Part shown: piece after piece, positions 9,501-18,818 of the stretch | How the letters are laid out: the number at the start of each line of letters is the position of its first letter | Position numbering within the stretch: position 1 is the stretch's first letter | IMG/VR virus record: IMGVR_UViG_3300044633_000521 | DNA from: a virus | Direction: 5' to 3' (one strand) | DNA: 64,000 bases | Translations under genes and position numbers: made by a program | The notes under the pieces: model-generated | Told to the model about the DNA's origin: nothing | What the model saw: the letters and a program-made list of their open reading frames with translations, nothing else | Databases searched by the model: none

Positions 9501-12108
9501 AACTACTAATATCTTAGGCAATGCCACAGTAGGCGGAACATTAGGTCTGACAGGTGATGTTACATTAGCGGGCGATATAGCTGTTAACGGTGGTGATATA
9601 ACTACTACTGCTACAACTGCTACTGTGTTTAACACAAACGCAACTACTGTAGACGCATTTAAATCTGCTACTGACTTAGAATTTGGTGCTACTACTGGTA
9701 CATTAACCCTTAATAATCCGACCGTAGTCGGTACGCAAGCCAGTCAAGACCTATACAACACAGCAGCAACAACATTAAACTTTGCTGGAGCGGCTACAGC
9801 ATTAACATTAGGTGCTACTTCAGGCACAGCAACTATACGCAATGCTAACGTTGCTTTCCCTAATGCTACAACATTCTTTAGTAGCCAGGCAACAGTATCA
9901 TTATTCAACACAAACGTAACCACAGTGGATATGTTTGGTGGAGCAAGTGATATTGAATTTGGTACTACCAGCGGTACATTTAAAATTAATAACCCATCAC
10001 TTGTAGGTAGTCAAACTACTCAAGATGTATTCAACACAGCTGCTACAACTGTAAATGCATTTGGTGCAGCCTCTACATTAATAGTTGGTGCTACTACTGG
10101 TGTAGCAAACATCCGCAACGCAACTACAAACATCATTGGTAATGCCACAGTTGGTGGTACACTAGGTGTAACAGGTGATGTTACATTAAGTGGCACGCTA
10201 GGAGTTACAGGCGCGGCAACATTAACTGATGATTTAGCAGTTAATGGTGGTGATATAACAACTACTGCTAGTACTTTTAATTTAGTTAATACTAATGCTA
10301 CCACAGTAGACGCATTTAAAGCTGCAACTGACTTAGAGTTTGGTGCTACTAGCGGTACGTTAACTATTAACAACCCAACCGTAGTTGGCTCACAAACAAC
10401 ACAGGCAGTGTTTAATACAACGGCTACTACAGTAAACGCATTTGGTGCTGCAACTACAATGATACTTGGTGCTACTACAGGCACAGCAAACATACGTAAT
10501 GCAACTACTAATATCTTAGGTAATACAAGCATATTAGCATCAACAGAAAGTACATCAACTGATACAGGTGCATTAATTGTAGCCGGTGGCGTGGGTATAG
10601 CTAAAAATGCCTACATCGGTGGTAACACTCACATTGCTTCTACTAAAGTATTAACCGTTGGCAAGGATATTGCTAGCGGAGTTTATCCAGAAAGTGTAGC
10701 ACAATTCACCAGCAACGCTAATTTACACAGTAGCGTAAGTATACAAAATCTAAGTAGTGGCCCAGGAGCAGCGTCTGAGTTCACTGCTATTAATAATACA
10801 GGTTCAAATGCCAGCGGGTATATATCAGTTGGGATAGCCAGTACCGGATTTAACAATAACAGTGCCATTAAAGCCACTGACGGGTATGTATTTACTGGAG
10901 CCTACACAGGCAACTTAGTAATAGGTGCTGGTTCAGCTGATGTAGTAATTACTGCCGGCGGAGTATCTGACGAAAAAATAATAGCAAGATTTGATGCCAC
11001 ACACGGTAACCTTTCAGTATTGTCAGCAGCTGAATCAGTATCGCCACTATCGGGTGCTATAACAACAGCGGGTGGTATTGGTGTTGGCGGCAACTTATAC
11101 GTAGCCAGAGGCGCAGTGTTTAATGAACAGTCGACTCCTCGAAACTTCACAGTCAAAGGTGTTAACACTACAACATTAATACATGCTGATAGCAATTACG
11201 GAGCAGTAGTTATCGGCGGCAGTAACGCAACACCTACATTAGGTGCTGTGGTTAAATTTAACAGCTCAGATTCTATCCGAGTTCCGGTGGGTAGCACTGC
11301 TGATCGCCCAAGTAATACAGGCAATGTTGATGTTGCTGGTATGGTGCGTTTTAACACTACAAACTCATCACTTGAGTTTTATAATGGTACTGATTGGGCA
11401 GTTGCTGGTAGTGACAGTACATTTACTATTATTACAAGTGAACAGTTTACAGGCAACGGCCTGGCTAATGTTTACGCATTAGGCTCAAATACAACCACTA
11501 ACGGTACTGTAGTTAGTATCAACGGTATCGTACAGATTCCAACACTTGCTTATAGCATTACAGGATCCACACTAACATTCAGTGAAAATCCAGCAGACGG
11601 CGACTTAATTGATGTTCGTATATTAACAACTACACAAACAGCGGGCCAAGAAGTATCTAGCTCAAGCGGGTTTAATACATTCAGTCCAGCAGACGGTGTA
11701 GGTTCATCGATATATTCAGGTTCAAGCTCAAAAATACTTCGTGTTACAATGACCGAGCCGGGAGTATGGACATACCAAGACAGTACTAAAACAGCGTATG
11801 ATGTAACTGCCACCACAGTTAGTTCAGCAAGTGCTCCAGTAATAGTGGATCAATTTGCGACAACTGCTTACTCAAGCGCAAAATACATTGTACAAATTAA
11901 ACAAAGTAGTGCTAACGTACAAATAATGGAAGCGTTAGTAGTTCACGACAGTAGTAATGCGTATGTATCAACCTACGGTGTAGTTGATACTAATGGTTCA
12001 TTAGGTACATTAACAGCCAACGTAGTTAGCGGTAATGTTCGACTATACTACACTAGCTCGTCGTTGACTAATAGCAATGTTAAAGTTGCTACTACTTATA
12101 TTGTTTAA
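6571..12108 (+). CDS. Very large repetitive tail fibre / virion structural protein (1845 aa)
   Basis: About six GDLAVNGGDITTT...GATTGTLTINNPTVVG repeats; shares modules with the fibre at 1-3612; preceded by a TAAATA late promoter. Confidence 0.75.
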   Translation: MANLTRIKNNQITDSTILANTKIVPGSIVGSLFNASLTMTSDVTITGNLTVQGSSTYLTVASTNTYVNDPLLVLNNAFSGTNTYDVGLLFNRGNQATTALIWNEDTNQFELTYTTDDGTGYGTINNSGYANLKVGNITVAGISTVGSLSTTGDLTAVGLTLSGDAAVNGGDITTTAATFNLLNANATTVDAFKAATDLEFGATTGTLTINNPTVVGSQTTQALYNTTATTLNFAGAATSVVAGATTGTFNIRNANVYLPNATTLYSGQSTLDIANVNVTTLTIGGAATAFVLGATTGTLTLRNATVTTPGQIVSTRAGSAITGDGQIFLNGSTSNRIDWAAAGTGAPAFTTRTAGTKVVLYPALSGSTVDYAIGIDAATMWSSVPENGSSFNFKWYGAETLVANLSGTGNFTTVGDVAVNGGDLTTTAATFNLVNTDATTVNLAGAATTVNIGAVSGTTNIKNNLDVDLTLNARDINSTVIGNVTPATGKFTNIYDTALTETRIPFVGAANVLTDSTSLTFDNVSNILDVDGLQFDGGNAIIKTTTADANLVLSPNGVGVVSLDTSRLVSVSDPVDAQDAVTLSYLQTQINSGVTNIQSDDSDITITDDGTNPGIITANVDAVSVFAIDANTTSLYSGFVTVDNLASNVAVDGSVHVASNVTLVGDLAVNGGDITTTSATFNLANANATTVDAFKAATDLEIGATSGTLTINNPTVVGTQTTQSVFNTTATTVNAFGAATTITIAATTGTTTVRNNLTATGNINIDSTEQSTNSTTGALIVDGGVGVAKNLNVGGDVVITGNLQVDGAVTTVNTATLDVEDLNITVAKGASSSSAADGAGLTVDGASATILYTHATTSWNLNKHLIGTSAQFSTTLGVTGDTTLTANLAVNGGGLTTSASTFDLLNANATTLNLGGAATTINVGATSGTLTINNPTVVGTQATQALYNTTATTLNFAGAATTLIVGATTGVANIRNATTNILGNATVGGTLGLTGDVTLAGDIAVNGGDITTTATTATVFNTNATTVDAFKSATDLEFGATTGTLTLNNPTVVGTQASQDLYNTAATTLNFAGAATALTLGATSGTATIRNANVAFPNATTFFSSQATVSLFNTNVTTVDMFGGASDIEFGTTSGTFKINNPSLVGSQTTQDVFNTAATTVNAFGAASTLIVGATTGVANIRNATTNIIGNATVGGTLGVTGDVTLSGTLGVTGAATLTDDLAVNGGDITTTASTFNLVNTNATTVDAFKAATDLEFGATSGTLTINNPTVVGSQTTQAVFNTTATTVNAFGAATTMILGATTGTANIRNATTNILGNTSILASTESTSTDTGALIVAGGVGIAKNAYIGGNTHIASTKVLTVGKDIASGVYPESVAQFTSNANLHSSVSIQNLSSGPGAASEFTAINNTGSNASGYISVGIASTGFNNNSAIKATDGYVFTGAYTGNLVIGAGSADVVITAGGVSDEKIIARFDATHGNLSVLSAAESVSPLSGAITTAGGIGVGGNLYVARGAVFNEQSTPRNFTVKGVNTTTLIHADSNYGAVVIGGSNATPTLGAVVKFNSSDSIRVPVGSTADRPSNTGNVDVAGMVRFNTTNSSLEFYNGTDWAVAGSDSTFTIITSEQFTGNGLANVYALGSNTTTNGTVVSINGIVQIPTLAYSITGSTLTFSENPADGDLIDVRILTTTQTAGQEVSSSSGFNTFSPADGVGSSIYSGSSSKILRVTMTEPGVWTYQDSTKTAYDVTATTVSSASAPVIVDQFATTAYSSAKYIVQIKQSSANVQIMEALVVHDSSNAYVSTYGVVDTNGSLGTLTANVVSGNVRLYYTSSSLTNSNVKVATTYIV
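7057..10520 (+). repeat. Degenerate protein-level tandem repeats (units up to about 90 aa) in the giant fibre gene
   Basis: Recurrent AVNGGD(I/L)TTT, TTVDAFKAATDLEFGAT and INNPTVVG(S/T)Q motifs with synonymous divergence; boundaries approximate. Confidence 0.8.
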
Positions 12109-12116
12109 GGACAATC

Positions 12117-12857
12117 ATGTTAAAGATCAATAAACTATATAGAAAGTTTTATCAAGGCGAAAATATTGTAGTTGAGCGTAACTACTCTGACGGAGTTTGG
12201 CACGACACTACAGAGGTAGTACCAAACGCTATCATTAATAATCAGATATCTAACCAAGCAGTAGTACTCGGAAATGGTCCTAGCAGATTAGCGTTTAATC
12301 TTAATTTAATTAAGAATCATCGTGGTGGTCTACTAGGATCTAGGGCATTGCAAAGTTACGGATGTAATGCGCTATACAGAGATTTTCAACCTAACTTTTT
12401 AGTAGCTACTGGCAATGTTAATTTAATTAACGAAATAGCCACTAGCGGATATACTGATGAGAACATAGTTTATACAAATAGTATACACACACTAGAATAC
12501 CCTGGAAAATTTTATTTAATTCCACATGACCCGTATGCTGATGCTGGCACTACTGCTGCATATCTTGCTGCGTTTGACGGCCATAAAAATATCTATATGC
12601 TAGGATTTGATTGGCAAGACACTCCTGGCCACAACTATAACGTCTATGCCGGAACAGCACACTACGATTCGTTGACGACAACTGTCTTAGACCAAAAGTG
12701 GAAAACTAATCTTAAACAGTTAATGCAGATATACAACGATGTAAATTTTGCTTTTGTTTATACAAAAGCAGGACATCCTTTGCCCGCAGAGTGGGCAGAC
12801 TTAACAAATGTGCGTGCGATAAACCATAACACATTTGCGTTAGAAGCAGATTTATAG
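12117..12857 (+). CDS. Maf/DUF115-like (glycosyltransferase-like) protein
   Basis: VVLGNGPSR, YGCNALYRDF.P..LVA and AG..AAYLAAFDGHKNIYMLGFD motifs. Confidence 0.5.
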   Translation: MLKINKLYRKFYQGENIVVERNYSDGVWHDTTEVVPNAIINNQISNQAVVLGNGPSRLAFNLNLIKNHRGGLLGSRALQSYGCNALYRDFQPNFLVATGNVNLINEIATSGYTDENIVYTNSIHTLEYPGKFYLIPHDPYADAGTTAAYLAAFDGHKNIYMLGFDWQDTPGHNYNVYAGTAHYDSLTTTVLDQKWKTNLKQLMQIYNDVNFAFVYTKAGHPLPAEWADLTNVRAINHNTFALEADL

Positions 12858-13280
12858 TATAGATTCTAAGGTTTTAATCTTAGCAATAACTTCTTTGAAA
12901 TTAATAGTTCGCCAAACGCCAGGGTGTAGTGGTTTGGGATGATCATCTAATTTAACCCAGCAGTATCCGCGATGTTCGTGATTTAATTGCGGAATAAATT
13001 CTTCAGTGATTGGCAATATGAATGTATGATAAGAAAAATTATTCTTATCGCTGGTAAATTTTTCTATCGGAATAAGTTTAACTCCAGAAAAATCTACTCC
13101 TAACTCTTCAGTTAACTCTCTATATAGTGAATCTAAAAGATTTTCGTTGTGTTCGATGGTGCCACCTGCTAGACCCCATGTACCTGCGTATTTTTTAGTA
13201 TTTCTTAATAAGAATAAGTAACGATGTGTAGTTACACAATAGATGAACGTGCCAACACCTTCTATAGCACTAGAGTCCAC
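12852..13280 (-). CDS. NUDIX hydrolase
   Basis: Nudix box GGTIEHNENLLDSLYRELTEELG; likely GTG start at 13280. Confidence 0.9.
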   Translation of the reverse strand: MDSSAIEGVGTFIYCVTTHRYLFLLRNTKKYAGTWGLAGGTIEHNENLLDSLYRELTEELGVDFSGVKLIPIEKFTSDKNNFSYHTFILPITEEFIPQLNHEHRGYCWVKLDDHPKPLHPGVWRTINFKEVIAKIKTLESIL

Positions 13281-14677
13281 AGTCCGTTTTTGTATTCGCC
13301 TTCCCAGCTTTTCACCCATTGAACACCATCCCACTTATATTGAGTCCCAGTATTGAGATTACTTACATATTCTACACTAGTTGCCTGTTGGTTGTCAAAT
13401 GAAACGGCCCAATGTGTACCATTGTATTCAATGATGTCATTTGCTCGTGCCACTAGATCTTGCCCGTCTGTTCCTCGCCATACGCTAGGCCCATCACCAG
13501 GCGCAGTATCCCAGCTGCCAATGTCATTTAATATCAAAAATCTAGATCCATTGGTAGCAGATGCTGCCATAGCAACCGCAGTGTTTTTTCTCGGGTCAAT
13601 GATCGCATCTATAGGATTTAATGTATTTGCTGGATATGTATCTATATCTGCGTTGAATATTAATAGACTATCATCAGTCGGGTGATAACTCACAGTACCA
13701 ACAATTTCATTTATACCATCTGTGCTAGTTAACCGCACTTGGCTAATGCCATTTTCTATCACACCGTAGACATTAATTAAATTACGCCAAATATCTCTAG
13801 TACCGATCTTAACAGGGGTTTCGATTAACACCTGTCCGTGATCATCTCTAGGAGCTTCTACTTCGCTCACTTTAAGTAAAGTTAAGGTATTACCAATTAG
13901 TAATACAGCATAATCCATGGGAGTAAAATATTGTCTATTACCCAATAGGTTAGCTTCACTAAACAATGCTGAATTTAAATCGCCTTGCGCATCGTGTATA
14001 CTAGAAATAATTTTTTGAATCACTCCAAGTTTTTTAACTTTAGCGGGCGGACTAATCCATACAGGTAACTTAAATGTTAGCGTAGCAACATCAATCGGAT
14101 CAGTGGTACCAATGGGTACTGATCGACTAGTCCAGTTAACATTTTCTAAATAAATTACACTCAAGCTAGTCCAGTCGATATAATTGTCGGTACTTTGTAT
14201 TTCTAATGCCGGATTAAACAATACCTGAAGTTGCTCAATTAACTGTAATTTTTGTTTAGTATTGCTAGTCCATATATCTAACTTAAGTTCTAACGTATAT
14301 GGAACAGGCATCATACGTTCAATAGTAAATGCGTTTCCTTGACGTTGTTCGTACTCTTGCGTAGACTCGTTGTAGTAGCGTTGGCGAATATTCATCTTAC
14401 CAACAAACGTAGGATCTTGAACACGGTCGCGATCGTAGGTTAATCCGTTGATATACACAGTCATAGCAGGGACAGGGGGTAGTGCGTTACCTGCTGAGTT
14501 ATTCTGTAATATACTTGCTACCTGACGACTGCCGTCACCCCAGTAAACAGGCACACGCTGTAAGGTAGTAGTACCAGTACGGTCCTTACCGAACTCTACT
14601 TGAAACCCTGACACCATACGAATGAACTGCGCTAAAAAGCGTTCGATTTGCGCATCATAAAAAAATTGTTGAGCCAT
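13262..14677 (-). CDS. Tail sheath stabiliser / terminator (T4 gp15-like)
   Basis: FFYDAQIERF..., RVPVYWG and PVPYTLELKLDIW...QLIEQLQVLFNP motifs; adjacent to the neck gene. Confidence 0.75.
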   Translation of the reverse strand: MAQQFFYDAQIERFLAQFIRMVSGFQVEFGKDRTGTTTLQRVPVYWGDGSRQVASILQNNSAGNALPPVPAMTVYINGLTYDRDRVQDPTFVGKMNIRQRYYNESTQEYEQRQGNAFTIERMMPVPYTLELKLDIWTSNTKQKLQLIEQLQVLFNPALEIQSTDNYIDWTSLSVIYLENVNWTSRSVPIGTTDPIDVATLTFKLPVWISPPAKVKKLGVIQKIISSIHDAQGDLNSALFSEANLLGNRQYFTPMDYAVLLIGNTLTLLKVSEVEAPRDDHGQVLIETPVKIGTRDIWRNLINVYGVIENGISQVRLTSTDGINEIVGTVSYHPTDDSLLIFNADIDTYPANTLNPIDAIIDPRKNTAVAMAASATNGSRFLILNDIGSWDTAPGDGPSVWRGTDGQDLVARANDIIEYNGTHWAVSFDNQQATSVEYVSNLNTGTQYKWDGVQWVKSWEGEYKNGLWTLVL

Positions 14678-16107
14678 TAGTTATCCGCCGAAGGTCTTAG
14701 TGCGTCACTTAAACTTTGACGCTGGTATGTTACATTAGCATATACTGTGTATTCTAATACATCGTTAGTATTGAGTGTATTAGACACTGTAAATGACAAA
14801 TTACCACCAGTATTGGCTATGGTATTGGTAATAATTAAGCTATTAAGCACAGTTTTAACGCCATAGGTACTAACATACGGTGTTTTTGTAATTACAGTTT
14901 TGTTACTCAATGTGAATGAATTTGTGTGAGCTCCGGTGGACGGAGTATATGGACTTGCAACTTTAATAGCATCCCACCCTAGCGCATTTTTATAGTTAGC
15001 ATCTGTATTATTAACGAAGCCACTACGTTGTGTTGTATTTGTAGCACCGGGTGTAAGATTTGTTCTCACGTTATCCTCAATTTTAATCCATCGACGTCCA
15101 TCGTAACGGAATAGTCGATTGGGGATATAATCTAAACGTAGGTAATAGTCACCAACAGTTGGTGTATTAGGAAAAGCGACACCAGCGGCTACTACACCGC
15201 CATTAGGTAATTGACCGTCACTGGTTAAATACCCCTGTACTTTACTCGACGAGGTTGTAGTAATAGCACTAGCATCACTGATGCTTTCGCTGGCATCTTC
15301 AGTGGCATTACTAGCATCTAAAGCACCGGGATCGCCCGGGTAGCCGGAGGCATCCTGTACAGGTTCGTGGTAGATAAAGCTAGTATCATACCCACTAGCC
15401 GGAACATCTGATTCAGCACGTGCTACCACCGCATCATTAATATCAATATATTTGTTATAGGTACTTAATAACTCTCCTAACGACGGTTCACCTGGATCGA
15501 GTATACCGTTACCATTGGTATCAACTCCTGGAATGTTATTAAGAATATCTTTGTATTCTTGGCTATCTACTAGCGGAGCAACTTTAACACGCCATAGGTG
15601 TGGGTACCAAGTCGGAGCAAATCCTTCGGCAGCACGAGTAGCATCTTGTACTACATAGTAGCGTTTAAGTGCTGCGGCAATTCCCTCGTCTAGTGGATAA
15701 AAGTCCTTAAGGTGCGGCAATTCTAACACATCACCTATCATAATCTTGCGCCCTAAGTTCTCAACCATGTCATTTAAATGGAATACCATGAATATAGTAT
15801 CGCCAGTTAGGAATAGACCGAATTGTGTTAGATCAAAATCATTATCGTTCATGCGATAGATAGTACGCATAGTATATACACTAGTGTCGTACTTGCGATC
15901 GCGATTTTCTAAGAATAATAAGTCTTGAATAGTAGTAACACTAGTGCCACCGGGTTCGGTGTTGCTAGTAAATCCCTGATCTACAGGACCTAAGTATTTG
16001 TGAAGATTAATGTCAGTACCACCAGTGGTGAACATTTCACTAATTCTTCGATCAAAGAACTTGTAGTCATTGCCCTTATTTGGACGATAAAGTGAAAGAC
16101 GTGGCAT
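14677..16107 (-). CDS. Neck protein (T4 gp14-like)
   Basis: LTQFGLFL..D.IF..FH...GDVLELP motif; context next to gp15-like gene. Confidence 0.6.
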   Translation of the reverse strand: MPRLSLYRPNKGNDYKFFDRRISEMFTTGGTDINLHKYLGPVDQGFTSNTEPGGTSVTTIQDLLFLENRDRKYDTSVYTMRTIYRMNDNDFDLTQFGLFLTGDTIFMVFHLNDMVENLGRKIMIGDVLELPHLKDFYPLDEGIAAALKRYYVVQDATRAAEGFAPTWYPHLWRVKVAPLVDSQEYKDILNNIPGVDTNGNGILDPGEPSLGELLSTYNKYIDINDAVVARAESDVPASGYDTSFIYHEPVQDASGYPGDPGALDASNATEDASESISDASAITTTSSSKVQGYLTSDGQLPNGGVVAAGVAFPNTPTVGDYYLRLDYIPNRLFRYDGRRWIKIEDNVRTNLTPGATNTTQRSGFVNNTDANYKNALGWDAIKVASPYTPSTGAHTNSFTLSNKTVITKTPYVSTYGVKTVLNSLIITNTIANTGGNLSFTVSNTLNTNDVLEYTVYANVTYQRQSLSDALRPSADN

Positions 16108-16138
16108 TACTATATCCTATTATCTAGTATTTAGCTGA

Positions 16139-16167
16139 TTGACAACTAGAAGAAATGATAGTATACT
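16139..16167 (+). promoter_or_regulatory. Sigma70-type early promoter
   Basis: TTGACA-17 bp-TATACT. Confidence 0.75.
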
Positions 16168-16176
16168 TATGAAACT

Positions 16177-16446
16177 ATGAAACATCAAATACAGACAAGT
16201 TTAGATTGGCCTGTTGTACAAACAGCACTTGAAGCTCCACTACACCGTATGAAAAAGTATACACACGAAATGTGGAACATCAGTCATAATATTGGCTTAA
16301 TGGTTAAAGATATAAGTAAAGAAGAAATCAATTGTCGCAGGCATCAAAAGCAAACTAGACTACATAAAGAATTAGTTGACAAAGTCAATGAAGAGATAGC
16401 AAACTATGAACGCATGATAACGTTTGCTGTATTATTAACAGGTTGA
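16177..16446 (+). CDS. Hypothetical early protein
   Basis: 89-aa ORF directly after a consensus promoter. Confidence 0.6.
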   Translation: MKHQIQTSLDWPVVQTALEAPLHRMKKYTHEMWNISHNIGLMVKDISKEEINCRRHQKQTRLHKELVDKVNEEIANYERMITFAVLLTG

Positions 16447-16471
16447 CAAATTACCAAAAAGGCTATATAAT
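16443..16471 (+). promoter_or_regulatory. Sigma70-type early promoter
   Basis: Perfect TTGACA-17 bp-TATAAT. Confidence 0.8.
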
Positions 16472-16478
16472 GTTAATT

Positions 16479-16658
16479 ATGACAATAGAAGAAGCATACG
16501 CAGAAGTACAAGGGTTTGGAGAAATGAGCGGTGTCTGTAACCTGTGGGCGGCACTTAAGGCAATCGAAACTGAATGGGATGACATAGACACCCACACAAA
16601 AACAGCCTATAAAATGGTTAAACGCGAGTTAGAAAAGGAAATAACAAATGGCAATTAA
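16479..16658 (+). CDS. Hypothetical protein (probably leaderless, starts MTIEEAY)
   Basis: ATG 7 nt after TATAAT; the TTG start in the ORF track is the -35 box. Confidence 0.55.
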   Translation: MTIEEAYAEVQGFGEMSGVCNLWAALKAIETEWDDIDTHTKTAYKMVKRELEKEITNGN

Positions 16659-17841
16659 AGTAGATGGCGCAAAGAAAAAAGCTAAAACAGCAACACGTGA
16701 TCCTATTTTTGCTGATGAGAAAGCGATGGGCGGTGAACCAGTTTGGGATACTGAGCGTGCTCTTAAAATGGATGAAGCAGATTTTGACCATCATATGCGC
16801 GAAAGTCTGCGCTATTATAACTATTTCTATTCTAGCAAAGAACTTAAAAAGTATTTGGTAGATTGGTTAAAACAAACAGCGGGTATTGCCCATAAACTAG
16901 ATGCGGCAACTATTACACGCTTTGCTAAAAGCACAGACGGGTATACTCCATTAACTGCTCCTGCACTAATTAAAGCACACACTAAAGGTATGCCGTTGTT
17001 GGCCAGACACATCAAATACATCGTTGATACGGTACATAAAACACTAGCGTTAGATGACGCAGATGAAAAAGTAGTTGAGGAAGTAGCCGATAAAACTAAA
17101 CCAGCTGTTAAAGTTATTACAATTCAAGACCGTATGAATGATATCATGAAGACTCATATCCTACACTTTGAAGAACTTGAAGATAAACTATACGAGGGTG
17201 AAACAATTGACCCTAAAGCATACGATTATCTAAGCGGTAAAAGCGTACCACAGGCAATGCTGGGTAAAATACAGGCTGTGTTTGAACGCCGGTATGCTGA
17301 AATTACAGAAGCCAAAACAACTAAAGACGAAGATCTTAAAGATGCTTATGCTTATATGAAAACAGCAGATTGGAAACGCTATGATGCGTTTTATACAAAA
17401 CTGTTTGAGGGACTAACACAGTACGGACAAGTTAAGAAGGCAACTAAGAAAGCGGCAGTACGTAAGCCGCCACAAAAAGAGAAATTAGTCGCTAAACTTA
17501 AGTATCTTAAAAATGACCCTACTACTAAATTAGTAAGTATTAGCCCAGTTGATATCATCGGCGCACAAGAGCTTTGGGTATATAATACCAAGACACGCAA
17601 ACTAGGCAAGTACGTGGCGGAAGCAATGGGTGGAGCACTAGGCGTTAAAGGTACTGCTATAACAGGTTTTAACGAGTCTACAAGCGTACAAAAAACTTTA
17701 CGTAAGCCAGAGCTACAGTTAAAAGAGTTTATGGCCGCAGGAAAGATCCAATTACGTAAGTTCTTAGATGATATCAAAGCAACTGATATTAAATTAAACG
17801 GACGTATCAATCAAGACACTATCTTACTCAGAGTAGCATAA
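16648..17841 (+). CDS. Hypothetical protein (397 aa, Lys-rich)
   Basis: Long ORF with AAGGA Shine-Dalgarno; no recognisable catalytic motif. Confidence 0.75.
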   Translation: MAIKVDGAKKKAKTATRDPIFADEKAMGGEPVWDTERALKMDEADFDHHMRESLRYYNYFYSSKELKKYLVDWLKQTAGIAHKLDAATITRFAKSTDGYTPLTAPALIKAHTKGMPLLARHIKYIVDTVHKTLALDDADEKVVEEVADKTKPAVKVITIQDRMNDIMKTHILHFEELEDKLYEGETIDPKAYDYLSGKSVPQAMLGKIQAVFERRYAEITEAKTTKDEDLKDAYAYMKTADWKRYDAFYTKLFEGLTQYGQVKKATKKAAVRKPPQKEKLVAKLKYLKNDPTTKLVSISPVDIIGAQELWVYNTKTRKLGKYVAEAMGGALGVKGTAITGFNESTSVQKTLRKPELQLKEFMAAGKIQLRKFLDDIKATDIKLNGRINQDTILLRVA

Positions 17842-17846
17842 ACCTA

Positions 17847-17892
17847 ATATTATCCTGTTGTTGGACATAAATACACAATAATAGGATAATAT
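17847..17892 (+). promoter_or_regulatory. RBS-sequestering 17-bp hairpin with late promoter TAAATA in the loop
   Basis: ATATTATCCTGTTGTTG (17847-63) pairs with CAATAATAGGATAATAT (17876-92) with 2 G-U pairs; TAAATA at 17868-73. Confidence 0.75.
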
Positions 17893-18811
17893 GATGGCCG
17901 ACTTACCAGCAAATGTAACAGCAACAACTGATTTAACATCTCATCTCAGTCTAACTACTAAATCTTTATTTGACCCAGTCGCAGGTACAGGTGCTGGCCA
18001 TATCGCGTTTGATCAAAATTTACAAGATCAGCTTGAGACAGTAGCTAAACAACGGAACGATATCATTGACTATATTCGCTTTAGATTGGGTGATGGTATG
18101 GTTGATGTTGAAGCAGACAAAGAGCACTTTGATATGGGGATTACCCAGGCATTATTGCGCTATCGTCAGAAGAGTTCTAACTCAGTAGAAGAAAGTTACG
18201 CTTTCTTAGATGTCTATCCTGAAACGCAAGAATATATTCTTCCTAAAGAAATTATGAATGTACGTGCTATGTACCGTCGTGGTATTGGATCAGTTACAGG
18301 CACGACTGCTAGTCAGTTTGAACCATTTGCTAGTGGGTATCTAAACACTTATATGCTAGTAGCAGGTCGTGTTGGTGGTTTGGTGAACTACGAATTATTT
18401 GTAGACTATCAAAAGCTAGCTATGCGTATGTTTGGTGGATTTATTCAGTTTTCATTTAATCGCACTACTAAAAAATTAGTACTAACTCGTAAAATTCCAA
18501 ATTTTGGACAAAACTATAATGAAAATATCAGTGAAAGCGTTCTACTACATGTAGATAACTATAAACCCGATATTATGTTGTTTAATGACACACACGCATT
18601 GCCTTGGATCCAAGACTACGCTCTAGCATTTGTCATGATTAGTATCGGTAATGCTCGCGAAAAGTTTGCGCAAATTGCTGGCCCACAAGGAGGTACCACT
18701 CTAAATGGTACACAACTTAAAACAGAAGGCGCTGCCTTGTTAGAGCGATTAGATGAAGACGTTAAAAATTATGCTGATGGGGGAACACCCTTAACCTGGT
18801 TTATGGGCTAG
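17891..18811 (+). CDS. Neck protein (T4 gp13-like)
   Basis: IDYIRFRLGDGMVDVE...WIQDYALA...REKFAQIAGPQGGTTLNG motifs. Confidence 0.8.
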   Translation: MMADLPANVTATTDLTSHLSLTTKSLFDPVAGTGAGHIAFDQNLQDQLETVAKQRNDIIDYIRFRLGDGMVDVEADKEHFDMGITQALLRYRQKSSNSVEESYAFLDVYPETQEYILPKEIMNVRAMYRRGIGSVTGTTASQFEPFASGYLNTYMLVAGRVGGLVNYELFVDYQKLAMRMFGGFIQFSFNRTTKKLVLTRKIPNFGQNYNENISESVLLHVDNYKPDIMLFNDTHALPWIQDYALAFVMISIGNAREKFAQIAGPQGGTTLNGTQLKTEGAALLERLDEDVKNYADGGTPLTWFMG

Positions 18812-18818
18812 TGATGGC

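Noticed and set aside
2211-11816. Many antisense ORFs, such as 8361-9635 (424 aa)
   Set aside because: Shadows of Thr/Ala/Gly/Val-rich fibre codons; no RBS or motifs.
1-12108. Diversity-generating retroelement acting on fibres
   Set aside because: No reverse transcriptase and no near-identical template/variable repeat pair differing at adenines was seen.
13-12108. Enrichment of N-x-S/T glycosylation sequons in fibres
   Set aside because: They are frequent but plausibly explained by high N, S and T content; a composition-controlled count is needed.
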